A DNA stretch of 64,000 nucleotides from Marsupella aquatica (lineage: Eukaryota; Plantae; Marchantiophyta), in contig OZ316895.1 in the NCBI GenBank assembly GCA_973895155.1, positions 17,375,337 through 17,439,336 of the forward strand. The letters are read 5' to 3'. How positions within the stretch are numbered: the stretch's first letter is position 1; each line of letters starts with the position of its first letter. This document shows positions 12,473-24,948 of this stretch, one piece after another. The notes beneath the pieces were generated by a model, which ran no database searches, had not been told where the DNA came from, and worked only from the letters and a program-made list of their open reading frames with translations. Made by a program: the position numbers and the translations under genes.

Positions 12473-13199
12473 GTGGCTGATCCTTCAGAGGATGGGTCGG
12501 ATGACGATGACTCTGACGCAACCGCAAGCGACAACAACATTGAAGCTGAGACAGAGGAAGAGGGTCAGGACCCAAAAGAGGAACTGATCCCAGCCTTGAG
12601 AGGGTTGAACGTGGAACCAAAAGATGATGCCGAGTCGGACATCATCGTGGATAATTTGACCAAGCAGAACCAGGATGATGCGGGTCATACCTCAGTCCCG
12701 GGAGGTCATGGTGCTCGCAAGACGTAGGGGGTGTCACCAAAATCCACAAAAGAACCTAAGGATAGGCGGCCCGCAAAGGAAAGACAGTTGGAGGACCGTT
12801 CTCATACAACCCGCAAGGGCCCGGCCGCTGACGACGGTCTGGGTCCATTGACTCAAGACCAACGACTCATCTATGAGCAGTTGGAACACAACAAGGGGGC
12901 CCAGATTAAGTACTTACTTAGTCTGGGTAGTCAGAGTGCGTCACATCCCGAGGGGGGAAATGGTAGTTGGACGGAGTATGTTCCAGGTGAACCAGCTACC
13001 GACTCCTCCAACTTATGATAGGGCCTATGAACAAAGTGGACAAAAGTTCTTGAGTTGGCTCTCCACGATGGAGATTCATCTCCAAGCGTGCGTTGAGCGT
13101 TCCACTTGGGCTACCGCAGCCACTCCTTACCCGAAGGACTATGCCTTGACTTGGTACAAGTCATGGAAGAAGTTGCGAGAGGACTTCTCCGAGGGTTTT
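12473..13199 (+). pseudogene. gag: Gypsy-A gag, 5' part (disrupted)
   Basis: Broken ORFs ending WLSTMEIHL...ALTWYKSW, a retrotransposon gag signature. The frame continues at 17784 once the insertion is removed. Confidence 0.7.
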
Positions 13200-13239
13200 C
13201 ACCGTGACAGCAAATAGCAAACAGATTTACTATTACGAG

Positions 13240-16200
13240 TGTCACTTGCCTATCCAATGATTAATACGTGCAAACCATACTTTTCCTTGCTTAAACCGTT
13301 GGTATCGTATTACGGGGTCGTGGAGGGACGCTATTTGGAGGATTTTCACACCTAAGGAGGAGTATGTTTGATTCCGCTCCCGGAAGTGTACTTTTTTATC
13401 AAGTCTACCGACTGGTCTCTCTGTTTTTGATCAAGTCCAAGGGACTGGTCCTACCATCTACAACTCATGCCCACCGGGTGAGTGCTGTCACCACCCCCCT
13501 CCTCTCTTGGGCAAGCATACAAACATTTACAATAAGATTTGAACACTAGTGACAAGGGCAAATGTTTCCACAACGACACCGACCACACGCACTAGGGGAG
13601 GAAAACAAACAACACAAGCAACAACAAGTGACACACAAAATATTGGAACCTCAAGCCAAATCCATATCTCTTGGTTTTTCCCGTAACACATGCAAGGACA
13701 ACCCGGCCTCCTGCCGTCTGCCCAACTCCTGCCTCCCGGGGACAAGTGCTACGTTCTCCACCTCACTACTCTGGCTTGAACTTCTCCTAATCGGTGTGCT
13801 ACTCACAAAAGCTACTCCAAGCACTACGCTGAGTTCCCCCCAACTACTTCGGGGCTCTCCCCCTAAATACCGAAAAAACCACACCAAAGCACCCCTCATG
13901 GGGTCACAACGATGGCGGCTTACCCTAGCGGCGCCGCTAAAACCCTGCACTAAGAAATCCCTAAGCTAAAAAGGCATGCAACACACACATGCTGCTAAAA
14001 CCCCAAACCCTAAACTAACAATGGGGCCGACGGTGCCTTCGACGGTGCCCCAACATTACTTCGTGAACCGTGAAATTGCAAGGAACCCTACAATGGCCAA
14101 AACTAGGCGCCTCTCCACCTGCACTACTGAGTTCACCCCTGGATGGTCCCCCTCCTCCTGATCATGAATCACTCAACCGCTCTCGAAACGGACCTCAGAC
14201 GACCAAGTTATGGCCGTTTCCGTATCCCGTAAACACAACTTCGTCGGGCCATAACCTGCTCATCCTGGCTCCGTTTGAGGAGCGCCGCCCCTTGTTGGAA
14301 TCAGCTCCGCGAGCTCTTTCCAACAAGCCCGTGAGTGACCCCTCAAAAATATTTGGAAAGTCCAGGGGCAGTACAACCACGTCCGTACGACCACTCTAAT
14401 CCTCCTCATCTTCACTCACGGTGCCCTGGCTTGAGCCCCGTGAGTGGGCCTCCTCATCACTCTCCACTGGAGTGAGTGCCACTTCACTCCTCTTCTTCTT
14501 TACCGGGGTACTCCTTGTGCTAGTGCTCCCCTGCTTCCTCAAATTGGCCAAGGCCTGCCACGCCTTAATGTACCCCTCACCAATGGTGTCCTTCCATAAG
14601 GCCGCCTCTTCACCGGACCGCAACTCCAACGGTAAAACCTGCCCGGTGGCCATGGGAGTCCCAGGGGTGACAGATCGGGTGGCATCCCCGGGGTCCCCAT
14701 GTTGACCTGAGCTTCTCATAAAGATTTACGTACCTCCCTGAGCTTTTTCTCTAAGCTCTTGCTCTTCTCTTGACTCTTCTTGGCTGCATCCAACAGGGGT
14801 CCGTACTTCCCACTGACTTCCTTCACCACCATCTCAATGGCCTTGGAGATCAAATCCGGGGAAAGTGTGGAGCTAGATGTGCAGGGGTTCTTCCATTTCC
14901 CCAGACTCAAGGCTTCACTCCTCTTAGCCCTTGTCTCAAAGATCACCAATTGACTCCGTAGTGCTCCCACCTGGGCTCTTAACTCCACCATTTCTCCAGA
15001 ATTCTGCTTCTCTTTGGCCAATGCTTGTTTCAATACTCCAACCTCTTCCGCTTCCTTGGCCTTGGTGGACAAGGCTCCCTTCAAGTTGAAGATCTCTATG
15101 TGAGCTGCTTGGAGAAGCTTAACCTTCTCATGAATGGCCTCCTCCTTGGCCTTGATCACCTCCTTCATAGACAGGGCACTCTGCTCCAAAGTCTCTACTC
15201 TAGCGGTGGCCTGCTTGAAAGAATCTCTCAATGCGTGGACTAGCTTGAGTCCCTCATGGACTCCCTCCCGAAATTCCCGTAACTCCGCCAGGTAGACATC
15301 AGGAATGTCATAGACCAGGGGCTCCTCCGGATTTCCCACCAGTGATTCAAGCCACTCCAATGTGGAGTCCTCATCCTGGTTTTCTTCCTCTCTATTATCA
15401 TCCCCCACCGTCGACGCTGATCCCTCCGTTAGTTTTCCCAAGATGGTAGTGGCAATACTCCTGATTTCCATGGTAAGGGATGATCCAGAGTCTTCCTGTC
15501 CCGGGGAAACAATCCACCCTTCTGCTCTGGCCAGCAAAAATGACCCCATCAAATGTACAGCCCCACCGGATTTCACACTCCCGGGATCAGCGTCCAATGG
15601 CTTCTTCAACCCGTAGTACCACCATCCGTACACATGGGCTGGATAGTTCTTGATGTCCATAGCTACTACGAAATGTTCTCCATTCACCACCCCAGATTGC
15701 ACGTTACCCAGGACCCGTTGATGAACCTTGGCCAGAAATCCCTTGTGCTCAGCATCCTTGACAGCGGAAAGAGGAATGGACGTAGTGGAGGTGGGATTAA
15801 TCACCCAACCGGCCACCATTTGTCAACGTGAGCTCTCCCCTTATGTTCCGAGGTGTGAATGAGAATTGCTGGTTCTCCAGGAACAGAAGCTTAGCTAACT
15901 CCACATGGGGCACTACCCGTGGGAGACATTCAAAGTAGATTCCTTCCGTACATAACTCCATCCCGGCCTCAATGTTCCAACTCTTGTCCGAAGGGATTCT
16001 AATCTCTACTCTCATGAAGTCGGTGAGCCCGGTGGCCTGGAACATAGCTTTGCAATCTTCCATCACCTTGGCAGGGGTCTTGGGGTAAATTCGACGGAAA
16101 ACCTTCCTCATAACCGATGCGGGACTTGTTGCCGGTCCAGTACTCATCGTAGCGTCCCTCTCTTCTCTCTCTTGCAATCAATGTCTCAACATAGTCACGG

Positions 16201-17469
16201 TAAGCAGCCTTGTATCTCCGAATGCGTGCCTCACTAAACTCTGGTTGATCCAGCATCCATGCATCCAGAAATCCAATCCTCAATCACCAAATCCCGTTAC
16301 CCATAGCAATGTCAATCCCCTGGCCCGAAACGGCCCCCGTATCCCAATCAATCAATTACTCTCAATTCCCCCAGAAGCCACTCCGTGCTGCTGCCGCTAA
16401 TGCCCGGAAGAATCAGGCCACCAAGCCCCGCCAATCTACCATGAGAGAGAGCTTCAAAAATAATTAGAAGGTGGAGAGAGCTTTCGGCAAGGTGTTGAGA
16501 GAGAGCTCAAGTTTTGCTTTCGACAAGGAGAGGGTCGTGCAAAAGAGGGAGAAAAGAAGGGAAGAAAAAAAACAAAAAAATTCCCCACGACACCTCCTTC
16601 GCCTTGCGCCCCGGTGCCCTCCTGCGCCTCACTCGCGGGAGCCCCATAAGGGGGAATTTTAATTCCCCCCCATCCCCGAGCGTACCCCGGCTCCGCCGCG
16701 CCATTTCCCCCCTTCGCGGGAGTCCCGGCTGCGCTCTCCTTTTTGGGGATTTAATTTTTCTCCCCCGGCAGCCTCTCTCACAGCCACCCCCGCTCACGGG
16801 CTCACGGGAGGGTTTAATACCCCCCTCCTTTACTCCTCTTACTCCAATTACCCCTCGGCTGCGGCCCGGCTACCCTCTCCCCGACTTACCTTGGCTTGCC
16901 CCGGCTCGCCCTCTGCCAGCCTAGGGATTCCACGTGGCGGCCCTAGGGCTGCCCCTTATGGGCCCCCAAGTGCTCGCCCTCTGCCAGGCCACTTTAAGGG
17001 GCATTTAACCCCCCTCCACGACCTTCCTGATCACCGGCCTCCCACTACCCCGGCCTCCTCCTTAGTACTCGCGGTGCCCCATAAGGGGGAATTTTAATTC
17101 CCCCCCCATCCCCGAGCGTACCCCGGCTCCGCCGCGCCTCGCTTTTCCCTTATTCCGTAAAGGTTAGCACTCCTCCTAATCCTTATTTGGGGTCTCAACG
17201 AAAGAAAGAGGGAATCAGGGCCTAAAGGAAACAGGGGGTCCACTTAGACCGACCCTAGTTTCAAGGTCCCAACATCCTGGCTTACTGGGAAGCCTTAGGC
17301 CTCCAAACTATTAGGATATCCAAGAATGTAGAGACCTCCGGGGCATAGCAACCGATAATGCCGGTCGTAACAAAAAAACAAAAAAACGGCTTATTTACAA
17401 TGGTTATTTACACTCGGCAACACTCCGCGACCATTATTCGTGATTTTGAGTGACGGGGACCCCGTCACA
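13240..17469 (-). mobile_element. 4.23 kb solo LTR (Gypsy-type) with internal ORFs
   Basis: TG...CA ends (tgtcac... and ...cccgtcaca) and a perfect 5 bp TSD acgag (13235-13239 / 17470-17474). No gag/pol and no internal LTR pair. Confidence 0.85.
14396..16304 (-). pseudogene. LTR-encoded accessory ORFs: small ORF1 (~16304-15999) and frameshifted ORF2 with globular domain + coiled coil
   Basis: Consecutive or overlapping minus-strand ORFs 15999-16283, 15797-16177, 14716-15819 (367 aa, heptad-rich) and 14396-14719. Confidence 0.6.
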
Positions 17470-17783
17470 ACGAGCAAAAAAATTCTTGTTACGAGCAAAA
17501 ATTTACTGTTACGAGCAAACTAGACAATCTCAAAATATGTCATTAAAAGTCACAATTTTCAAAATAATTTAAAACATGACAATGTTTTGCTAGTGTAAGG
17601 CGATACTATTACTAGCTCCGGGCGCTAGCCAAAAAATATCGACTCACAAAAAAAATTTAATAATTTTTCACCAAAAAATTTCCAAAAAAAAAATTTCCAA
17701 AAAAAATTCCCCCAAAAACATTCCAAATTTTTTACCACCCATTTGCTGTTACGAGTAACTATTTGCTGTTTGCTGTCACGGTG

Positions 17784-20700
17784 GTTATACCCACTTCTCC
17801 TTGCCGTTAACTTGGGAAAACCTGGTTGAGGGTCTCCGTGCTCATGTCACCACTAAGTACCCAGAGCGGCACGCTCAGAAATGTGTAACGGAGATGAGTT
17901 TCAAGGGTGATATCCAAAAGTTCATCACTTATTACCAAAATCAGTTGGCGTGTATCCCGGCGGGACAAGAGACCCTGCATACACAGCTTCACAACTTTAT
18001 CGTGAAGCTCTCGCCGTTGCTCAGGGAAAAATTGCAGGAAAAGCGTCATGAGTTCAAAACGCTTTCTGACGCCTTTGACAAGGCCACTACATTGGTGAAT
18101 AACCGACCGGACTTGGCGAAGGTGGGTGGCAAGGGATCCAAGGGGGAAGCTGGGAAAGCAAAAGGTCCCGGGAATAAGCGGAAGCAACCTGAGGGGGCGG
18201 GGGCCGGTGGTTCAGATCCCCAGCCCCAGAACGGAGAAGCCAAGCAAAACCGGAAGGCCGGAAACTTTAAGAAAGGAGCCTCACCGGCACAAAAAGCAAA
18301 GAAGCAGGCAACCATGGAGCAAAGGCGGGCTGAAGGTTCGTGCTTCACATGTGGTGCCATGGGCCATCAAAGTAAGGATTGTTCCACGAAAGGTGGCAAA
18401 CCAAACGGAGATGGTGGAGGGCAGAAGAGCATTAAGGTAAGTATCGCTCTAACCAAACCCTTAGTAGCTGACATGGTCCCTGTAGGGGATGTCCCTGACG
18501 GAGAGAGGGTGTTGTTGCGAGAGAAGATACCTAAAGTTAAGACAATGGATCCTGAAAAAACTGATTTTTGTGAATGTCACTTCTAACGGTAATCTGGGTG
18601 TTGCTTTGATGGATACAGGCGCGACCGCCTGCTTCATAAGTGGGCAGGTGGCAACTCGTCTTGGGGTGGACGTGCAAGAGTTGTTACAACCGTTAGTGTG
18701 CAAGTTCGCCAATGACATGAAGGGGATAGTGTCAAGAGTAGTGCATAGACTTCGGGTAGAGGTCATAGGCGAACAACAAAATTCTGTTAGTCAGGAGATG
18801 TTCTACGTTCTAGATGGTCTAGCCGTAGACTTCATTTTGTCGGTAGGTTATCTCAAAAAGCACAATGTTACCTTGAAACTGGGGGGTGAGGTGCTCCATT
18901 TTCCCAATAAGGGCGGTGAGCCCATAGTTGTACACAAAATTACCGAAAATAAAGAAAGATTTCTTAAAGTAAGTAAAGTGTCGTGGATGTCTCCGTGTGT
19001 ATCGACAAAGCAATGGTGGAAAGACTTCAAGGGTGGACATGAACGTTTCTTCTTTCATATCCACCCAACTAAGGAGGCGTCGCAGCCAAAGGTCAAGTCA
19101 GCTAAGGTCGGGCCCGACTGCGGTCGAATTCCCAAAATTTTAGAGGAATTTAACGACGTGCTCTCGCAGAAGCTACCTAAAGGTTTACCCCCGTAGAGAG
19201 AAGTGGATCACCAAGTTGAGTTGGAGCCGGGATTGGCTCCTTAGGCTAAAGCTCCTTATCGTCTGAACCTGAATGAGCAAATGATGTTGAAGAATGCCTT
19301 GGAAGAGTTGATCGACCAAGGGTTCATTTGCCCTAGTAAGAGTCCTTACGGGGCGCCCGCGCTGTTTGTGTCCAAAAAGGATGGTACTTTGAGATTGTGC
19401 GCAGATTACCGGGCCCTCAATAAGCAGACGATAAAGAACAAGTACCCGTTACCTCATATGGATGACCTCTTTGATTGCCTCTCCAGGGCTAAGAAGTTTT
19501 CAAAGGTGGACTTGTGGTCTGGGTATTACCAGATCCGCATGGCTAAGGGAGACGAGTATAAGACCGCGATGCGCACAAGGTTTAGATCCTATGAGTTTTT
19601 GGTTATGCCGTTTGGGTTGTGTAATGCAACCGCAACGTTCATGAAGATGATGAATATCATCTTTCATGACTTGTTGGACCAAGGAGTGGTCGTCTTTATT
19701 GACAACATCCTAATCTACTCAAAAACATTGGAGGAGCATGAGCAGTTGCTCAGAGAAGTGTTCTCTCGCCTTTGTAAGGCTCGTCTCTTTGCTAAACCTA
19801 GCAAATGCGAGTTTGCGATGAACGAGATTCAATTCCTTGGCCATACCTTTACCCCGGAAGGGATTACGCCTAGTCAGGACAAGCTTAAGGAGATCAAAGA
19901 ATGGGAGCGCCCGTCCAATGTAAGGCAAGTTAGAGCCTTCTTAGGATTTACGGGGTTCTATCGGAGATACATGAAGGACTATGCGAGGATCGCGAGGCCC
20001 CTCAATGTGCTAACGTTGAAAAACAAAGTGTTTGTGTGGACACAGGATTGCGAGTTAGCATTCCTAGAACTTAAGCGGTTAATGATAACGCCGTCGATTC
20101 TAAAGTTACCTGCGATGGGAAAGCCGTTTGCGATTTGGACAGACGCAAGTGATTATGCCATCGGCGCCTATTTTCACCAAGATGGGTGTCCTATGGCCTT
20201 CGAGTCATGTAAGTTGGAAAATCACTGGATCACGCCGGAAAGAGAAATGTATGCTGTGATCTACGCATTGAAGATGTGGGAGATTTACCTTAAGAACGAT
20301 CCTAAAGTGGTAATCCACACAAATAGCTCGCCGGCCGAGTACTTCAGTTCTAAGCCAAGGCTGAACCCCAAGGAAATGCGCTGGCAGATGTTCTTGGCGG
20401 ATTTTGATTTCAAAGTCCCACGTTCCAGGGAAGACAAATACGGCAGCGGACGCGTTATCGCGTAAGGACCAACATCGTGTCAATGGGATCACAATGCTCA
20501 AATCCGAGTGGCCAAAGTTTCTGGCCGCAGCGTATGGGGATGACAGGTTAGCTAAGGATTGGCAAAGCAATGGGGGTAGCCCGGGCAAGGTAAGGCACGT
20601 ATTGTTGGGGTTGGATACGATGCATAATGTCCAGTTATGGCAATACAAGCAGAGGTGTGTGTACATACCAGAGTCTCTAAGGTTAGAGGTTTTGCAAAAG

Positions 20701-20952
20701 TACCATGACTCGCCCTAGGGAGGGCACGGAGGACAAGCCGCCACGTATCGCAACATGTCGCGAGATGTGTATTGGCCGGACATGAAGCAATCGGTCCTTC
20801 AATGCGTGCAAAGTTGTTACTCGTGCCAAAAGAACCGAATGGTCTATAGGGCAAAAGGAGGACTGCTGCAACCCTTACCAGTAGTTGTGGCTCCATGGGA
20901 GTCTATCTCCATGGACTTCATTGTTGGATTACCAAAGTCCCACGGCAGTAAC
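17784..20952 (+). pseudogene. gag-pol: Gypsy-A gag (3' part), protease, RT, RNase H and N-terminal integrase
   Basis: Zinc knuckle CFTCGAMGHQSKDC; protease LMDTGATACFIS; RT LCADYRALN/MPFGLCNA/FIDNILIYS; RNase H TDASDYAIG; IN HHCC and PWESISMDFIVGLP. Several stops. Confidence 0.93.
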
Positions 20953-23900
20953 TGTGACACGGGTAACGTGTCACTTAACCAAACCCAGGTCGTAGATTAG
21001 GTCTTATACGGACATTCGGACCGTAGCCGTAGCGTAGGATAGCACGTATAGCCGTCTGTTGCCATTATGAATAGATTAGGAGTAGTTTAAGATGACCGAA
21101 TGATTACAAGTTCAGGAAGAGGATTATTACGCGCGACCGAGGTACGGTGGCGGCAGCGGAGTAAAAATCAGTTAGAAGAATCACGCTTGGACCGAGGCGC
21201 CGACTTCAGCTCATTATCAATGACCAAAACAGCCTGGCCTTCTCACGCTCGGGCTCACCCTGGCACCTCCATAAGAGAGGAGCCGATGGTGCTGTGGGCC
21301 ATTTGCTCTTTTCCACCTTTTTGGAATTTGCAGACGTTGCCATCCACTTGCCTTTCTGATCGAATCAAGTTGACCTTTACAAGGAGATTATCGAGGGATA
21401 AGAGCGAAATGTGGCGAGATTTAGTCAGGACGAGCAAGGCCTCCACGAGAAAAAGGACCAGCCAGGTGGGAACGTGGACTCAACGAATTGGACTACAAGG
21501 TTAGTATGACCCTTACAGCCCTGGGATTCTGGACCTTGTTTGGCGAGGTAGGTGCTAAGTTCTCCGAGACTTACTGGTACTCTTGTCCCGAGAAAGCCGC
21601 TTACAAACAAAGATACGCGAAGCTGGTGACCAAGGTAGCACTGGTTAATTGCGAAAGGACAGCCATCACCAGGGATTCCAGCTACAACGAGCTGCGAGAC
21701 TATATACATCACCAAACTATATCTCAGCAAAGAAGGGCTTAGATTGGTAGCAGAGGCGATTCTTGAAGTCCCAGCAAAATTCTTTAAGCTGAAAGGCAGC
21801 CAGCGGCTTACTCAAGCGGAGTTTGAAAAGATTCCGGGGTACCTAGACCAGCAGAACGCAGCCAAAAAGCGTCAAGAAGACATCAACAGACAACGGGAAG
21901 CGGCGCGTAATCTTACGTTCCTTGGGGAAAGCTCCAACGCGCCTTCAACTAGGATATGGCTACCCCGATAGCACCAGTGCCTCAGCAGATGACCATCGGC
22001 GTACCGCCAAACCGGTCCCAAGTCCGTCCAGTGATCAACATAGAGTGTTCTTCGGGTTCCGAGTGAGTTAGTCCGCAACTCGAACAACGTTCTCGTAAGC
22101 GACCAAGGACGACGATGGCCCCCGAATCAACAACGCATACCAACGCCGCGCCTGCACCTGCCCGACAAACCCCCCGGCCAACCAGACCCAACGGCCCCCG
22201 GATAACCCAAAGTCCAACTTATTACAGGTAATCCGCGTCCCCAAAGTAGTCTGGATCGCGATCAAGAAACTCAAACACGCGGACTATCTCAAGGAGCATC
22301 AGTTGGAGCAGTTTGCTCACTTGCTATGAAGGCCGTGCGCTGTCGGGCCGAAGGAGATTTGTGAGTTCATCTCCAATTTCAACACTAACGCATTGACCAC
22401 CAAGGTTTTGGGGCAGGCCTTATCACTCACGGAGCATTGGTTAACGCAAATCTTCTGCCTGCCAACCGGGCTAGTGCCGGTGGAACTCCAAATTTGGGAT
22501 AAGGAGTATACACCGCGACACTTCAAACCCGAGGGTAAGACGGACAACGGATACAAGTAGGGGTCGTGCACCAACTTAATCTGCATGGAGCGTCTTAACT
22601 TCATACGGACTACCCTACACATGATTGAGCCACGATCCGAGATTTCCCTCTGCATGATCGTGCAGGTGGAACAGTACAAGCGGCGGAACTGGGCCCAGTT
22701 CTTCTACCAAAGATTCTCAGGGGAGCTGAAGCGGGCTCAGGGTGGTATGGCTATTGGGGGGAAGACTTACTTGGGAAGTCATATCGCCATTATCCTCGCC
22801 TGGTACAAGGCCCAGCGAGAGGCCAGAGGAAAGAATATGGCCGCCTAAGCCCCGACTAATACTCCGCCACCTCCTCCTGTGGAAATTCCTCCGCCCCCTT
22901 CTCTCGAGCCTCCGCTACCCGTAGTACAACCACCCCCAATCCCTCCACCACCTGAAGAAACCTTCCCCTCCCCAGCACAGACTACGGATGAGCTCGTTGC
23001 CCCGCCCGAGGAACCACCGGTACTCGAGAGGATGGAGGACTACCAAGTAGCCCCAGGGACCATGGCCTATGACCTGGTCCAGAATTTTAGCCAGACTATG
23101 TCTGGGGAGCTGGAGACGTACATCGGACAACAAGTCTCGACGTACTTTCAACCAGCCTTCTTCATGTTAGAGCATCAACCACGGATCGTAAGCCACTTGG
23201 AAGAAGAACTCATGGCGAAGGAAATGAGATAGGGCGCCTCCAGATGCTGGTAGAGCACCTCGAGGAGGAGGCCACTACTCGCCGCGAGGAGTTAGTCTGC
23301 ACCGTCGAACAGAGGGACGGACTAACCCAGGAGTTAAGCGGAGCGCAAGCAAATCTCAAGAAGCTGGACAACACCGTGCTTCAATTACGCTCAGAATCTT
23401 TGGCTCGGGTTACCAGCCTGACCGACCTCAACAAACAATTCCTGCAGGCAGCACAGCAGGTGGCTGGTCTCTCCGCCAAACGGGATAAATTGCTGGCGCA
23501 GGACCAGATCCATCGCGACTCCATTAACCAGCTCAACCTGGAGGTAGCACGGCTCCAGACCGAGGCCGATGAAGCTGCAAACGAGGCGGAGAAGGCGGTG
23601 CGGGACAACAAGGCCTTGCAGGACCGCGTTACCCTGCTCGTCCTCCAGCGGGGAAAACCTGGGCCCACCTCTGATCAAGGCGGCTCGAGGTCTCGCCCCG
23701 ACAAGGGGACCAGCCCTGGTCCAACCACAGCACACACGTAAGGGGTGGTTAGCAAAGGGTGGAAGCAGGCGCCGCGCGAGGCAGTTAAGTCAGCGGCATC
23801 TTTCAGTTAGGTGTAACGATAGAATGGCTGTCATTAGGCGCCGATTAGCGGCAGTAGGGAGAATTAGGGCCAGATCAGTTAGGATCAGCCAATGTAGGAT

Positions 23901-24711
23901 GGAGTCTATCAACGGACTAGATTTTTGTCAAGTAGACTTGGCCGCTGCCATCCCGGTCGGCACCATTGTCGTCGACGGTCAACCAATCAGTGCGGGAGGT
24001 AGTTAGTCAGTAGGTAATATCCCGGAAGGTAGTATCCTCCGGTTCCTTTCTGCAAACTATAGTATTTAGGCTTCCCCTTCCGCTATGGAAGGGGAGAAGG
24101 CATAGTTATCTCAGCAGAAGAAAGGTGAGGCACGGGGAGTCCCGGCCTGAGCAGGGTCAGAGCGCACCAAGGAGTGAGAACCAGAGTCGAGCTTGCTGGG
24201 CAAGTGCGAGGCGGGGCCTCGTAGAGACTGGGCATCGACTGCCGTTGGGCCTGCTGACCCCCTTTGAAGTCAAGTCAACCATGTAAACTGATGCTTCGCT
24301 GAGTAAATGTAGTCTTTTCCCTCCAATGTTTCTGCAAGTAACTGCTGTTGTGAGTATGCTTTGTTTGGGCAAAGGCACCATTTTAAGGGACGTACCAGGT
24401 GCGAACTAATGGTAGGGATTGCCACCCATTGTATGTCACAAGGTTCTATCGCGTCAATGGCTTGAAAAGCCCCAAGCTGGGAGTTAGTCCGAGTCACTAA
24501 CTGAGGGAGGATTCCAGCGGTGGAAAATAAAAGATACCTATGACTAGTACGAATTACTTAAGTGTTATACTAGTAAGTATATCGGCTTAGCCCAACTTAG
24601 GGCTAATCGGGACCACTACACACCTCCTTGCCCGAACCCTCACCCCTACTGGTGGTCGAGGTCGCGCCATGGCGCTAAACTAGATTTAAGGCCCAGGTTA
24701 GGGACGTGACA
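20953..24711 (+). repeat. Gypsy-B 5' LTR (3759 bp)
   Basis: Colinear high-identity copy of 52744-56498. Confidence 0.95.
21506..23741 (+). pseudogene. U3-located ORF1 (21506-21971) and ORF2 (21956-23741), 5' LTR copy
   Basis: Same peptides as the 3' LTR copy, but with different stops and indels. Confidence 0.7.
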
Positions 24712-24948
24712 TATGACGACCGGTTTTTTGGCGCTAGATGGAGGGGGCACTCATTTTGCCTTACGAGTGGAGCTGTGTAGTGAGCTAATAACCTTTGATT
24801 TTGTACTTGACGTGTAGGAAGGGGCATGCCCCTTACCCGGTGACGTTCTGCGTATTTATAACAACCGGACGGAGCATCGAGTTTGGAAGAGAATACCGCA
24901 TTCGACGGAGCGGGGAGCTCGGCTTCCCAAGCAGGATCGCATGTTGTG

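Larger units (their letters stand above)
13200..17783. mobile_element. ~350 bp non-autonomous TIR element (MITE), split by a solo LTR
   Basis: TIRs caccgtgacagcaaa(t/c)agcaaa at 13200 and its reverse complement ending 17783. Internal tgttacgagcaaa repeats. Flanks are gtttt and gttat. Confidence 0.8.
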
